56,081 nucleotides of DNA. Origin: a virus. Taxonomy: Duplodnaviria > Caudoviricetes. The DNA lies in the IMG/VR virus record IMGVR_UViG_3300044630_001132, positions 1-56,081 of that record. One strand, 5' to 3'. Below, piece after piece: positions 10,250-20,306 of the stretch. Numbering within the stretch: position 1 is the stretch's first letter; each line of letters starts with the position of its first letter. A program made the translations under genes and the position numbers. The notes beneath the pieces were generated by a model. The model was given only the letters and a program-made list of their open reading frames with translations. It was not told where the DNA came from and did not search any database.

Positions 10250-10919
10250 TGTTTATCCACTGCATAGCAGCAGCCTTACCAGCACCCTTTGCGTTACTTG
10301 TTCTAATTGCTGAGTTAAAGTTTCTAGCATATGGCTTTGGGTTTTGAAAATGCTCATAAAACTTTATAGATCTTAAGTATACTTGAGAAAAGTAAGAGCC
10401 GTAAAATTCATTAAAGGTTCTTACAAACGATCCTCTAACTTCCTCTCCGCCAGGATTTTCAATAACTATTGGACCTTTTCTAAAAAATTCTTGACCGTCT
10501 ATTTCAAAAAATAAAACCTCTGCATCTTTTTCTTGAACTGTAATTGGTTCTCCATCTTCCATAATCTGTGCTTTATTGTAGAATGGATCACTGCCACTTT
10601 TAGGACTTGTTGTTGATTCTATAAAATCTGCTCCGACTGTTATGCCACCTTGTCCAACTTTTACGTTCAGTTCTACTAGTCTTGCAAATGGATTGCCAAC
10701 CTGTCCCCATTCATATATATGATGAAGCATACCTGGATGCATTCTTGCAACTCCATCAAGATATTGGTAAAAAGCATTAACGCTAGTATTAGCCATTCTC
10801 ATTGCTATTTTATTTTTACTTTGTTTAGTTTCAGTTAAAAATCCATCGGAATATTTAATAACATTATTGATTGTTCTATTTAGTTTAGTAGTGTTAAATT
10901 TTACTGCTATTCCACTCAT
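10218..10919 (-). CDS. Putative neck/tail completion protein
   Basis: Synteny within the head-tail joining block; HHIYEWGQVG and KAQIMEDG motifs. Confidence 0.5.
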   Translation of the reverse strand: MSGIAVKFNTTKLNRTINNVIKYSDGFLTETKQSKNKIAMRMANTSVNAFYQYLDGVARMHPGMLHHIYEWGQVGNPFARLVELNVKVGQGGITVGADFIESTTSPKSGSDPFYNKAQIMEDGEPITVQEKDAEVLFFEIDGQEFFRKGPIVIENPGGEEVRGSFVRTFNEFYGSYFSQVYLRSIKFYEHFQNPKPYARNFNSAIRTSNAKGAGKAAAMQWINSAPGDDEIGL

Positions 10920-11371
10920 TAGTACAATACCTCGTTTTGTCTGACAGATCTTGAAAGATATCCGCGATAAAATTCTACCTCATGAAATCCATTATATGAA
11001 GGAACGAATGTCTTTAACTCATATTGAGTTGCCTTTTGATTCTTTTCTAACCATACTATTTTTCCAGAAGGATCCTTAACATTTGTTATTAATATTTCAG
11101 TTATAGAAAATATGCTTCCATTTTTTTTCTTTTGAATATCTTCATTTGTTCTTAATAATACATCCGAGTTATATTGAAACATAGGACCAGTATTTTTTAA
11201 TTCTCCAGTAAGTGTTTTATCTGACATAGATGATATGATTGAACATTTTATTATTCTATCTAATACCCAAGTTTTTTGTATTACCCCTAATTCGTCTTGC
11301 TTACTTTCAGAATAATACAATTCAGCAGACATTGGATAATATATATCTGTTAATCCAGATGCACTAAACAT
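10919..11371 (-). CDS. Putative head closure (stopper) protein
   Basis: 150 aa, QDELG..KTW motif, follows the adaptor. Confidence 0.55.
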   Translation of the reverse strand: MFSASGLTDIYYPMSAELYYSESKQDELGVIQKTWVLDRIIKCSIISSMSDKTLTGELKNTGPMFQYNSDVLLRTNEDIQKKKNGSIFSITEILITNVKDPSGKIVWLEKNQKATQYELKTFVPSYNGFHEVEFYRGYLSRSVRQNEVLY

Positions 11372-12256
11372 TTAGAACACCCCGACACGAATGGGTTTCT
11401 GGTATTTCTCCAAGATTCTATCTACTACACGATTTCCTGTACTTGCTGTCCAATTTTTAGCAAATTTAATTTTAAAATCATCGTTATCAAATGACTCAAT
11501 ATATCTATTTACATACTTAAGGTTGTCTGTTGCAATATCTTGAATAAGCATATCCATTGCATCCTGTATGTCTTGAGGAATTACTTTCCATCCAAAATCT
11601 GCATCCACAACATATTCATACCCATCATAAAACTCTAAATCAAGATATCTATCTCTCCACACTCTTGTATAGTTAACACGATTATTTCCATTTGGTAAAT
11701 TTTGAACTATTGCACTTAATTGTCTTTTATATACAAACTCTTGATCATTATTACTTAAGTTCTCATTACGCTGAAACATTACTTCATTATTTTCTAATAT
11801 GCTGTATATTTTTCCTGTAATTGGCTCATCTATCAATAATTGGTCTGAGTTATCTCCAACAAATTCTTTATTTTTACGCATGTATTCAAATCCACCTGTA
11901 TGAGAGTCTATAATGTATCTTGCCAATCTTTCGTACTCTATTGCTTGAGAATTTGTTATTTTTAATGCTGAAACTATACTAGATATATTTGTATATGGTC
12001 TTACAATATCTATATTTAATATTTTTGCTAATTCTCCATCTGATACTTTTTTTACTGACCCAGCAAGTTTTGCTGTATATTCTTTAAAATTTGAAGGCAT
12101 TATAAATACCGCTAATCCAGAGTTATTAGATGTGGCTGATGCTGAGTATTCTTCTCCAGTAATAAGATCGTTTAATTCTATTAAATAATTAGTACTTGAT
12201 GTTAATCCAGATATGGATGCACTAAGTGGACCACTATTATAATTTAAAATTTCCAT
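11372..12256 (-). CDS. Head-to-tail adaptor with N-terminal extension
   Basis: IIDSHTG, GWKVIPQDIQDA and TGNRVVDRILEKY motifs; first gene after the capsid. Confidence 0.7.
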   Translation of the reverse strand: MEILNYNSGPLSASISGLTSSTNYLIELNDLITGEEYSASATSNNSGLAVFIMPSNFKEYTAKLAGSVKKVSDGELAKILNIDIVRPYTNISSIVSALKITNSQAIEYERLARYIIDSHTGGFEYMRKNKEFVGDNSDQLLIDEPITGKIYSILENNEVMFQRNENLSNNDQEFVYKRQLSAIVQNLPNGNNRVNYTRVWRDRYLDLEFYDGYEYVVDADFGWKVIPQDIQDAMDMLIQDIATDNLKYVNRYIESFDNDDFKIKFAKNWTASTGNRVVDRILEKYQKPIRVGVF

Positions 12257-12283
12257 ATGTGCACCTCTACTTAATTATACTAT

Positions 12284-12319
12284 AAAAGAAAAGAGAGGGA
12301 CAAATTAATGCCCCTCTCT
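12284..12319 (-). terminator. Intrinsic terminator after major capsid gene
   Basis: AGAGAGGGGCA-TTAATT-TGTCCCTCTCT followed by TTTCTTTT. Confidence 0.8.
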
Positions 12320-12335
12320 AATTTTTGTAAGGATA

Positions 12336-13319
12336 CTATCCTTGCATTCTTGCTACTGCTGATGTTTCTTCGATTTGTACACCAAAGCGTAGGAATACAG
12401 TGTATTCTACTGTATCTTTCTTTGGTTGGAACTCACGATGAACTGTAATGTCTCTTTGGAAACCCCAAATACGATTTTCAGGGAATGTCAAAACGACACG
12501 GTTTGCAGGCATTAGAGGAACTTCCAATAAAGGAAGACCTAGAACGCGATAAGCAATTGGTGCACCAACAAGTTGTGGTTCGGCTCCACCGATAACTCTT
12601 TCAACGATTCTTTCGCTGTTCATGTTACCTGTTGATCCAAGACCATTAATGATGTCAGATACTGTTTCTGTATCTGCGTAAAACTTCATATTAGAACGTG
12701 ATGCACGATATTTACGTGGCATCGCTAATACTAAGTTTTGCAAGGCTGATACGGTTGTGCCGTATGTTGCACTTGCTCCATTATTTTCTTTTGTTGTGAA
12801 ACCTTCAAGAATGTTAAGGAATGTGTTTGAACCAGTTCCTGTACCATTGATTGCAAGATCTTCTAGATCGTTTGCGAATGCACGAGTCATTACGCGAACT
12901 AAGTGATCTTCTAATCCAGCACCTTCAATGTTATCTTCTAGGGCTTCTGTTGCTACTTCCCAATCAAGACGAATCTTTTTTGTTGAAAGTTCAACCTTTG
13001 TAAATGTTACGCCAGCGTTTGTGTATGCTGCGTCTGCTTGTGCAGCAGCACGGATTACACGTTCGCCTACGTTCAATTTTTCAAGTTCTGCAGCGTTTGT
13101 ACGCATTGTTACTCTGCGTCCGTCACGTGCTAGTACTTGTTGTTCGAAAATATATTCGATAAATTGGCGTGATTGCTCAGGGGACAAGATACCACCGTCA
13201 TTACCAGCGGCACCTGCGACTCCAAGGTCTCCAGCGGCTGGGGTTGTTACACCACCAATACCTCCAGAAACAATAGATCCTGTTGCAGCAGCCTTATTTA
13301 AAATGTCATTTTCTGCCAT
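12336..13319 (-). CDS. Major capsid protein (HK97 fold)
   Basis: GGILSPEQ, KKIRLDWEVATEALEDNIEG and DLEDLAINGTG motifs; follows the protease. Confidence 0.95.
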   Translation of the reverse strand: MAENDILNKAAATGSIVSGGIGGVTTPAAGDLGVAGAAGNDGGILSPEQSRQFIEYIFEQQVLARDGRRVTMRTNAAELEKLNVGERVIRAAAQADAAYTNAGVTFTKVELSTKKIRLDWEVATEALEDNIEGAGLEDHLVRVMTRAFANDLEDLAINGTGTGSNTFLNILEGFTTKENNGASATYGTTVSALQNLVLAMPRKYRASRSNMKFYADTETVSDIINGLGSTGNMNSERIVERVIGGAEPQLVGAPIAYRVLGLPLLEVPLMPANRVVLTFPENRIWGFQRDITVHREFQPKKDTVEYTVFLRFGVQIEETSAVARMQG

Positions 13320-13346
13320 AATATTTCACCTCCCAGTGAATTTGTT

Positions 13347-14750
13347 TTAGCGATATAGGTCAGCGGAATTGAGGAAACGCCCGCCCCACATCGACTTTCT
13401 TGTTATTTGTGTTTCCTGAACGACCCCGCCGAGATCGCCAGACTTACGGATAGCGGTATCGTCTTCTAGTGAGTCGACACGCTTTCCAAAATTATCTACA
13501 TTGCCTTTAATGCCTTTAATTTCCTCTTGTGCGGAAGCAATGCTCTTTTGCAGTTCTGCCATTTTTGCATTTAGTGATTTTACTGTTGTCACTAAATCTC
13601 CAAGTGCTGAAGCAACTGTATTTTGAACCTCATCTACTGATTCTTGTACTGTATCTACAGCCTTTGCTAAATTAGCGTTATCGCTTTCTTCAGCGGGAGT
13701 GACGGCATCTTCTGCTGATGCTTCTTCTGCTGCTGGTGCTTCTGCTGCTACTGCTTCTTCTGCAACTGGTGCATCTTCGACTGGTGCTGCTTCTGCTGGT
13801 GCTGCTTCTTCTGCATCTGCTGGTTTTTCAATGTTTTCATCTGTAACTACTTCTTCAGCGGCTGGTGCTTCTGCTGCAACTTCTTCAGTTGCTGCTGCTA
13901 CATCTGCGGCTGGTGTTTCAACAACTTCTTCAGTTGCTGGTGTTACTTCTACATTTTCATTTGCCATATTATTTCCCTCCTTATCAGGATTTTCAGCCTT
14001 GGTTAGTTTATCACCAAGTCTATTTTTCTGTGATTTTAGTAAATTTTTTACCACAGAATTCTTTTCTGAATCATTTGATTCTACAAAGCCAATATTTGTC
14101 ATACCTTTATCGCATGATGGGCATGAAGAATCTTCTTCTTGAGAAAGTCTAATTAATGAGTCTGATTCGCACCAATAAACATTTTCAAGATCTACCTTAC
14201 TAATAATACCATCAATTTTGTTTTGTCCATCTGACATTTTTTCAATAGACACAATGTTTGCAAATTGATTTGCTGGGTTGTCTACTAACGAAAGTTCATG
14301 AAGGTCATAGTCTTTAATAACCCTAACTGCTTTGTCCATCTCGGCATCATAGATACTTTCAGAATCCTTGATGCTACCACCAATAGAGAAGCCAGAAAGA
14401 GTACCATCAAGAACCTTTTCCCAAGTGTCTTGAGCACCTTTAGAAATATATGCATTTACGAATACCCCATTATAAAATTTGTTTTCTTCTTGATTATAAA
14501 ATTTGTCTGATTTGAATGATACTACCCTGCCGACTGCAATAGGCATATGCATTTCACGAAGGTTGCCACGAAATCTTTCAAAGGCTTTTACGCTAACATC
14601 TGTTGGAACAATATCTTGTTGCTTATCAACATTGTCAAGAGTTGCAAAACCTGATACCATACGCTTTTCTTTATCTACCTTGGCAATAGGCATTGAAAGT
14701 TTGATGCTGTTTTCTTCTGAGTGCCAAAAGGCTTTATGTAAATTAGTCAT
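13347..14750 (-). CDS. Prohead maturation protease fused to scaffold
   Basis: LREMH, GFSIGG and ELSLVDNPANQ motifs (HK97-type protease), then a Glu/Ala-rich spacer and coiled coil. Confidence 0.9.
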   Translation of the reverse strand: MTNLHKAFWHSEENSIKLSMPIAKVDKEKRMVSGFATLDNVDKQQDIVPTDVSVKAFERFRGNLREMHMPIAVGRVVSFKSDKFYNQEENKFYNGVFVNAYISKGAQDTWEKVLDGTLSGFSIGGSIKDSESIYDAEMDKAVRVIKDYDLHELSLVDNPANQFANIVSIEKMSDGQNKIDGIISKVDLENVYWCESDSLIRLSQEEDSSCPSCDKGMTNIGFVESNDSEKNSVVKNLLKSQKNRLGDKLTKAENPDKEGNNMANENVEVTPATEEVVETPAADVAAATEEVAAEAPAAEEVVTDENIEKPADAEEAAPAEAAPVEDAPVAEEAVAAEAPAAEEASAEDAVTPAEESDNANLAKAVDTVQESVDEVQNTVASALGDLVTTVKSLNAKMAELQKSIASAQEEIKGIKGNVDNFGKRVDSLEDDTAIRKSGDLGGVVQETQITRKSMWGGRFLNSADLYR

Positions 14751-14801
14751 GCTACCTCTATTATAATAAGTGTTTATAGGTACTTTAAAAATTTATAACA
14801 A

Positions 14802-16358
14802 TTATTGTTGAGATCTACCTTCACCCTGAGCATTTCGCCCAGTTGTGGTTGAGGATGAATCTGAAGCATTGTTAGTTCTTTCTTGATCCCTATTTCTATT
14901 ACCAGTTGCTTGGGTCACCTGTTCTGCCCTTGCCTGTGCTCCAAGAACTACTGGTTCAGACCCTCCAGGTCTTACTGGATATCCCAATCTTTCACGAACT
15001 TCATTTGGAACAACAACCTGCATACGTAGATATCTCTCATCAATCTGACTTTGAGTTTGCTCATCTGTTAGTGTTAGTTCATTGAATTTAAGGGAGAGCA
15101 TATCTGTCTTTTCTTTAACAATCTTGTTTATTGTCTTTTCTAGATTTCTTTGAGATGGTCTTGCAACCTGCTCCTTAAATGTTCTATCTGCTACCAGTGC
15201 TGATGCGATAGAAATTCCTGCACCACCGCCAACCTTTGAATACGGAACCTGATGAGCCATTAAAATATCGTCACGGTTTGCTTTGCGATATCTATCAAAA
15301 GATCCGTCTTGAATACCATTTTCAATTGGTTCTAATTTAAAATCTACCTTATTATCGGGACCATCGCCAGGAAGCGGAATATACAATGTTCTATGGTTTT
15401 GTCCTTTTAAACCTGACTGCATAAATCTAAAGAACTTGTCCTCTGCTTCTGAACTTAACTTTGCACCCTTGACTACTGCAATGTATCTAGGAACAGCCTT
15501 ATTTTCAAAATAATCAACATTATACTTTGCTGCCAACTCGTTTCCTACCATCGATGTTGCTGCTGCAATTGTATCTGGCACGCCATAATATGAATTTTTA
15601 GGAGAATACTTTTTAATGTGAATTAACTCATTTGGTCTATTGTCACTAGTTACTGGATTAATATCTCTTTTTTCTTGAAAATTTCTAAAATATACAATTC
15701 TTTGATTTACTATTTGTATATACCCATCACGCATACGGCGAACTCTAATTGTAGTTGCTGGAATATGACCAATATACCCAATATCTCCATTTACCTTTCT
15801 ACCAATTTCAATATATCCATTTCCTACAGTTTCAACGTCTGTGTATACCTTTTCTAATACATGTGTAAAAGTATCTTCATCGTTTAAACTTTCTACCCAC
15901 GAAGTTAGGTCTGCCTTTAATCTTTGAATTTTTCTTTGTGCTCTCATAAGAGATGTGTCATCTGGAGCCTCTTCTAATTTTGCAACCGTAGAATCTGTCA
16001 TTTCAAAAGAGTATCCGAGTCCAACAATGTTTGCAACCTTTGCTTGAATTGCTGCATGGTTTGCAAATGAGTTTTCGTAAAAATATGCTAGTTCATCTAA
16101 ATTGTATGGTGGAATAACTACATCAAAAAGTCCGTAGGCTGTAACCATGTCTTGCTCTGGAAACAATTGTTTTGATTTTGCATCTTCTACGCCCTGATAA
16201 ACTTTGTTTACTGTTCTTGCTATTTTTCTTTTAAAGTTTGGATTAATTCCTTCATATGATTTTACCAATTCACCATCAGTATTAAATGGATCTACCTTTG
16301 TAGGCTTTTCTGATTTATCTAAATTATCTATTCTTGCTATTACGCCTTCATCTTCCAT
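14802..16358 (-). CDS. Portal protein
   Basis: GNGYIEIGR, YYGVPD, YFENKAVP and PNEVRERLG motifs. Likely start ATG 16358. Confidence 0.93.
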   Translation of the reverse strand: MEDEGVIARIDNLDKSEKPTKVDPFNTDGELVKSYEGINPNFKRKIARTVNKVYQGVEDAKSKQLFPEQDMVTAYGLFDVVIPPYNLDELAYFYENSFANHAAIQAKVANIVGLGYSFEMTDSTVAKLEEAPDDTSLMRAQRKIQRLKADLTSWVESLNDEDTFTHVLEKVYTDVETVGNGYIEIGRKVNGDIGYIGHIPATTIRVRRMRDGYIQIVNQRIVYFRNFQEKRDINPVTSDNRPNELIHIKKYSPKNSYYGVPDTIAAATSMVGNELAAKYNVDYFENKAVPRYIAVVKGAKLSSEAEDKFFRFMQSGLKGQNHRTLYIPLPGDGPDNKVDFKLEPIENGIQDGSFDRYRKANRDDILMAHQVPYSKVGGGAGISIASALVADRTFKEQVARPSQRNLEKTINKIVKEKTDMLSLKFNELTLTDEQTQSQIDERYLRMQVVVPNEVRERLGYPVRPGGSEPVVLGAQARAEQVTQATGNRNRDQERTNNASDSSSTTTGRNAQGEGRSQQ

Positions 16359-16713
16359 GTTTTTTAAATCCCTTTTCTGCTGCCATCCAGGCACCAATAT
16401 CTGTTTCGCTTGGAATCAAGCCTGATTTCATTCTCTCTATTTGTTCTGCATGCTGTTCTTCTGTAACCCTGTTTACCCCAGCCATGAATTGAACTTTTCC
16501 TGCTGGTGCTCCGTAGTGCTCTGCTGCTTGTCTTATCTTTGACATTTTTTCTAAATCGTATGGTCTTCCAGGAATATTCATGATATTTCCATTACCGTCA
16601 CCAAAAGGTTTGCTATCTAAATCACACATCCAAACATAAATGCCCCAATCAGACTTTTTTTCTACTACACTGATCTTTGGCTTACCATTATTTTTTAATT
16701 TTCTTTGATTCAT
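16348..16713 (-). CDS. Hypothetical protein upstream of portal
   Basis: 121-aa ORF overlapping the portal start; TGG-TATACT sits 7 nt before the ATG (leaderless). Confidence 0.7.
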   Translation of the reverse strand: MNQRKLKNNGKPKISVVEKKSDWGIYVWMCDLDSKPFGDGNGNIMNIPGRPYDLEKMSKIRQAAEHYGAPAGKVQFMAGVNRVTEEQHAEQIERMKSGLIPSETDIGAWMAAEKGFKKHGR

Positions 16714-16731
16714 GTCAACAAGTATACCATA

Positions 16732-19700
16732 TTATACTGGTTTGACAAGTGTTGTGTTCCAAGTAACGTCAGAAATTATATCTACACCGTCAGAATTTAA
16801 CTCTATAACTGAACTATCATCAGAAACTATACTAGAAGTTCCTAAATATGAACCCATAATGCTTTGTCCATCTATTGTAAATGTAATAGATGTTGTTGGT
16901 GCGTAAACAATTGACCACTGAGTTGGGCTCCAGTCTTCCCATTGAAGATCGATAGACACTATTTCTTCTCCAATTATTGCTTCTGATGCTCTGACCTCTT
17001 GCCAAGTTCTTGCGTCTGTTCTTTGACCAAGTATTTCTGTTGACTTTTGATATACAGTAATATTGTTATATAAAAATCCTTGATACAGTTCTAACTGACC
17101 AGATACACCATCTAGTAAGATAGTTTCTCCAAATGAGAATACTATAGATGACCATATCATTGGATATATGACTGGATGATTTATTTTTACACCGTTTTGA
17201 TAGAAGGTAAGATCTTCATCTTCAAATCCTGTTTCAGCATCAAATACTTTTATTAATGCACGATTTCCATTATCAATTGGATCAAGATATATGTCAAAAG
17301 TTCTATCGGGTGTAGATACTCTTCCAATTTTTTTAACAGAATCTACTATTGCATCTTCGTTATACATACACCATATTTGAAATCCACCAAGTGAATATGA
17401 AGATATCCTTTTGCTATTTATTGGTATAGAAAATGCTCTAGTGCTTTGTGAAGTATATGGAAGTATTGATATTCCAGAATCTCCTGTTAGATATAAATAT
17501 GGAGTTGAGTCTTTATAGATAGTAAATGGGTTCTTATCTTTATATGAATAGGCTCTATCGTATCTTGATATAGGATATATCTTATTTCCAGTTCTTGTAT
17601 TAATAGAGAAGAAATCACTTTCATCATTTGCTAATGAAGATAGGCTCATTCTTTTAATTTGTAATGGCTTTGAATTTACCCCCTGAACTTTTAGTTCTAA
17701 GTGAATTGTTATATAGTAATTTGAAAAGTCAACTAACTCTTTAGGTGGAAAAATAATTGTTCCGTCCGCTATCTCAAACTTAGTATCAATTACATCCGTT
17801 GTATTATCAAAATCAAGAACCCTGTTATTTGTTAGTTCTACAGTATTAGTATATCTAGAATATGATGTTTTTCCTACCTCATCAAAACTTTGAAGAGTTA
17901 TGTATGATTTCAAATTATCGTGATTATGATAGTTGGCACTAGATGATGGGTTTGTTAAAACTTGTGATGGATACTCTACGTTAAACTGAATCATGTCAAG
18001 ATCATAAAACTCTAGTCCGCTCTTACTTTTAATTAACTTACCAAAATATGAGAGTGGGATTGAATCTTCCCAATATCCAGCAGAGCAAACATCTAGCGTC
18101 ATAGATGATGGGCCAAGCAAAGGTTTTAAGGTATAGTTTCCTGTGTATTCAAACGAGTTGTTGTTGACTGAAGTAGAAGCAATACCTTGTTCATTAAATA
18201 TTGAGGTCATGTCTTTTTGATTAAAGAAACTATTATTAAATGTTATATTAAAGAACTTACCTAAGAATGTTGAATTTGCATACCCCATCAAACTTAAAGA
18301 TATATTTTGAGGACTTGAAAAAAAGTTTCCTAGAACATTCCCATAATTGATTGAAAGTTTATCTATGTCTATACCAACTGCAAAGTTAGCACTTGCGGCA
18401 ACAGATGCTGATGACAAAACTATGTTGTTATACGCGTACTTTAATCCAGAATTATCTAGGGTTACTTCAAAAGTATTATTATTAATAGAATTTTTAAAAT
18501 TCATAATTACTTGTGAACTTGCTGAAAGTACAGGAGGTGCTTGAAACACTCCGTATATAGATGCAACTCTATCTGTTATTGGGTTTATTGAGTCAAACTC
18601 TATTGATCCGTCAACATTGCTGTACGCATCATTTGGTCTCATTTTAATGAATGGATATTCTCCATCTACCTGTTTTAAGAAATTATCAGTAAGTATATCC
18701 GATGCCTCTTCTGTTTGTATTCCTAGCCAAGAATAAGAAAGCCATTCTAACCAACTCTTTTGTTCAAACTCTGACCAATCGCGGATATCTACAGATGTTG
18801 TAAAAATACCTGTCTGTCCACTAAATCTAAATTCTGGAAGATCATAATTTTGGAAACCTATGTATTTTGAATTAGCGTTTAAGTTATTAAAATAACCAGA
18901 GTTCCATGCGTTCATATCTGGATAATTTATTGTTGATGTGTATTGTGCAAATGGAAAATCAATATATGAAGATTCTCCTCCAAAATTATTTGTCACAGCC
19001 TCGGCATTGGGAACTGCCTGCCCAAAAATAAATCTTTTCTTTGCTAATTGATCTGGAACAATATAAGGATATATTGCTATACAGTCTAATTGAAATGGAT
19101 ATACATTTTCATTTGCAAAAAATCCTAACCAATCTACGTTTTTTGGTGGGAAATCAATTAATGAACTATCCAAATCTATTTCAATTACAACATCTCCATT
19201 TATTAATACACTTACAAAGTCTTGTGAATATCTTATATGAACTAGCATAGGTCTATACCACTTACCTATAAAGTATGACTTTGTATACCTTCCAATTTTT
19301 AAAGTTAAATAGTCATCATCAACATATAAACCATCGTCTGTTGCAAGAGGTCCAAATATCTTTACTTCTTCAAATACGTTTGGATTTATTCTAAGCCAAA
19401 ACTCCATTGTCATTTCACTGTATTGTCCAGTTTTATTTAAAAATCCTTTTCCAGGAATTGCAATAGATGGCATACCTGGTGTTATAGGACTCAATAACTC
19501 TGTAAGATTTCCAGATCCAAATACCATAGGAAGGCTTGTGTTGTAAGAAAGAAGTTTTCCGTTATCTATAAACACGTAACCATTATCGCTATCATTAAAA
19601 CCATAAGAGTCTACATGGGCTACAGAATAATTAGTACTTGGTACCAGAGAATCTAGTGATACATCTGTTAATGCACTAGGTACTATTCCTGAACTGTCAT

Positions 19701-20277
19701 ATAAAAACAATTCTGACCACTGACCTACCGATATTGAATTTATCATTAAATCGTAATCAGAAGCAGAACCGCCTTCTATGTAGTTAACTTTTAGGTATGG
19801 CATAGCAGATGCACCTAATGGAATTAAAGATGTGTGTTGAATAGTTTGCCACTCTTCTGATCCTACGGAATTTAAAATAATACTACTTTTTGTTCCATTT
19901 GAATATACAAGCCCTAATTCATAACTATCAATCAAAGAACCATAAGCATATACAAATGCAGAAATACATATAGTATCTTTATATAAGTCTAATGATGAGT
20001 ATGATACTGAGGCAGATGTTATTTTACTATAAGTAACACTCGCACTTGAGTTTTTTCTTAATACCCCTTTTGATTCATTTTTTAAAGGTATGTTGGTAGG
20101 GGTTGTGTATGATGTTTGCCACTGGGCATTTGAATCTTCAATATTCCAGTTTGTTACATCTTTATAGTTTTCATCCAGGGTTGATACGTAATATATTTCA
20201 TCATCTAATGACCATAGGGCAAGTGGATGTTCTGCGAATACCCTTGCGGCATAAATATTTGAGAAATTATGAGACAT
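16732..20277 (-). CDS. Large virion structural protein with LamG/ConA-like segment
   Basis: 1181 aa, beta-rich; HPLALWSLD N-terminus and MTMEFWLRI...WYRPMLVHI LamG-like motifs. Confidence 0.65.
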   Translation of the reverse strand: MSHNFSNIYAARVFAEHPLALWSLDDEIYYVSTLDENYKDVTNWNIEDSNAQWQTSYTTPTNIPLKNESKGVLRKNSSASVTYSKITSASVSYSSLDLYKDTICISAFVYAYGSLIDSYELGLVYSNGTKSSIILNSVGSEEWQTIQHTSLIPLGASAMPYLKVNYIEGGSASDYDLMINSISVGQWSELFLYDSSGIVPSALTDVSLDSLVPSTNYSVAHVDSYGFNDSDNGYVFIDNGKLLSYNTSLPMVFGSGNLTELLSPITPGMPSIAIPGKGFLNKTGQYSEMTMEFWLRINPNVFEEVKIFGPLATDDGLYVDDDYLTLKIGRYTKSYFIGKWYRPMLVHIRYSQDFVSVLINGDVVIEIDLDSSLIDFPPKNVDWLGFFANENVYPFQLDCIAIYPYIVPDQLAKKRFIFGQAVPNAEAVTNNFGGESSYIDFPFAQYTSTINYPDMNAWNSGYFNNLNANSKYIGFQNYDLPEFRFSGQTGIFTTSVDIRDWSEFEQKSWLEWLSYSWLGIQTEEASDILTDNFLKQVDGEYPFIKMRPNDAYSNVDGSIEFDSINPITDRVASIYGVFQAPPVLSASSQVIMNFKNSINNNTFEVTLDNSGLKYAYNNIVLSSASVAASANFAVGIDIDKLSINYGNVLGNFFSSPQNISLSLMGYANSTFLGKFFNITFNNSFFNQKDMTSIFNEQGIASTSVNNNSFEYTGNYTLKPLLGPSSMTLDVCSAGYWEDSIPLSYFGKLIKSKSGLEFYDLDMIQFNVEYPSQVLTNPSSSANYHNHDNLKSYITLQSFDEVGKTSYSRYTNTVELTNNRVLDFDNTTDVIDTKFEIADGTIIFPPKELVDFSNYYITIHLELKVQGVNSKPLQIKRMSLSSLANDESDFFSINTRTGNKIYPISRYDRAYSYKDKNPFTIYKDSTPYLYLTGDSGISILPYTSQSTRAFSIPINSKRISSYSLGGFQIWCMYNEDAIVDSVKKIGRVSTPDRTFDIYLDPIDNGNRALIKVFDAETGFEDEDLTFYQNGVKINHPVIYPMIWSSIVFSFGETILLDGVSGQLELYQGFLYNNITVYQKSTEILGQRTDARTWQEVRASEAIIGEEIVSIDLQWEDWSPTQWSIVYAPTTSITFTIDGQSIMGSYLGTSSIVSDDSSVIELNSDGVDIISDVTWNTTLVKPV

Positions 20278-20306
20278 AGCAACCTCTAGTCTATTTTAGC
20301 ACGTTG

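Noticed and set aside
535-19250. Plus-strand ORFs opposite tail and head genes (e.g. 900..1145, 6004..6270, 8987..9346, 12928..13350, 13699..14142)
   Set aside because: Antisense shadows of well-supported minus-strand genes; no RBS, promoter or recognisable motifs.
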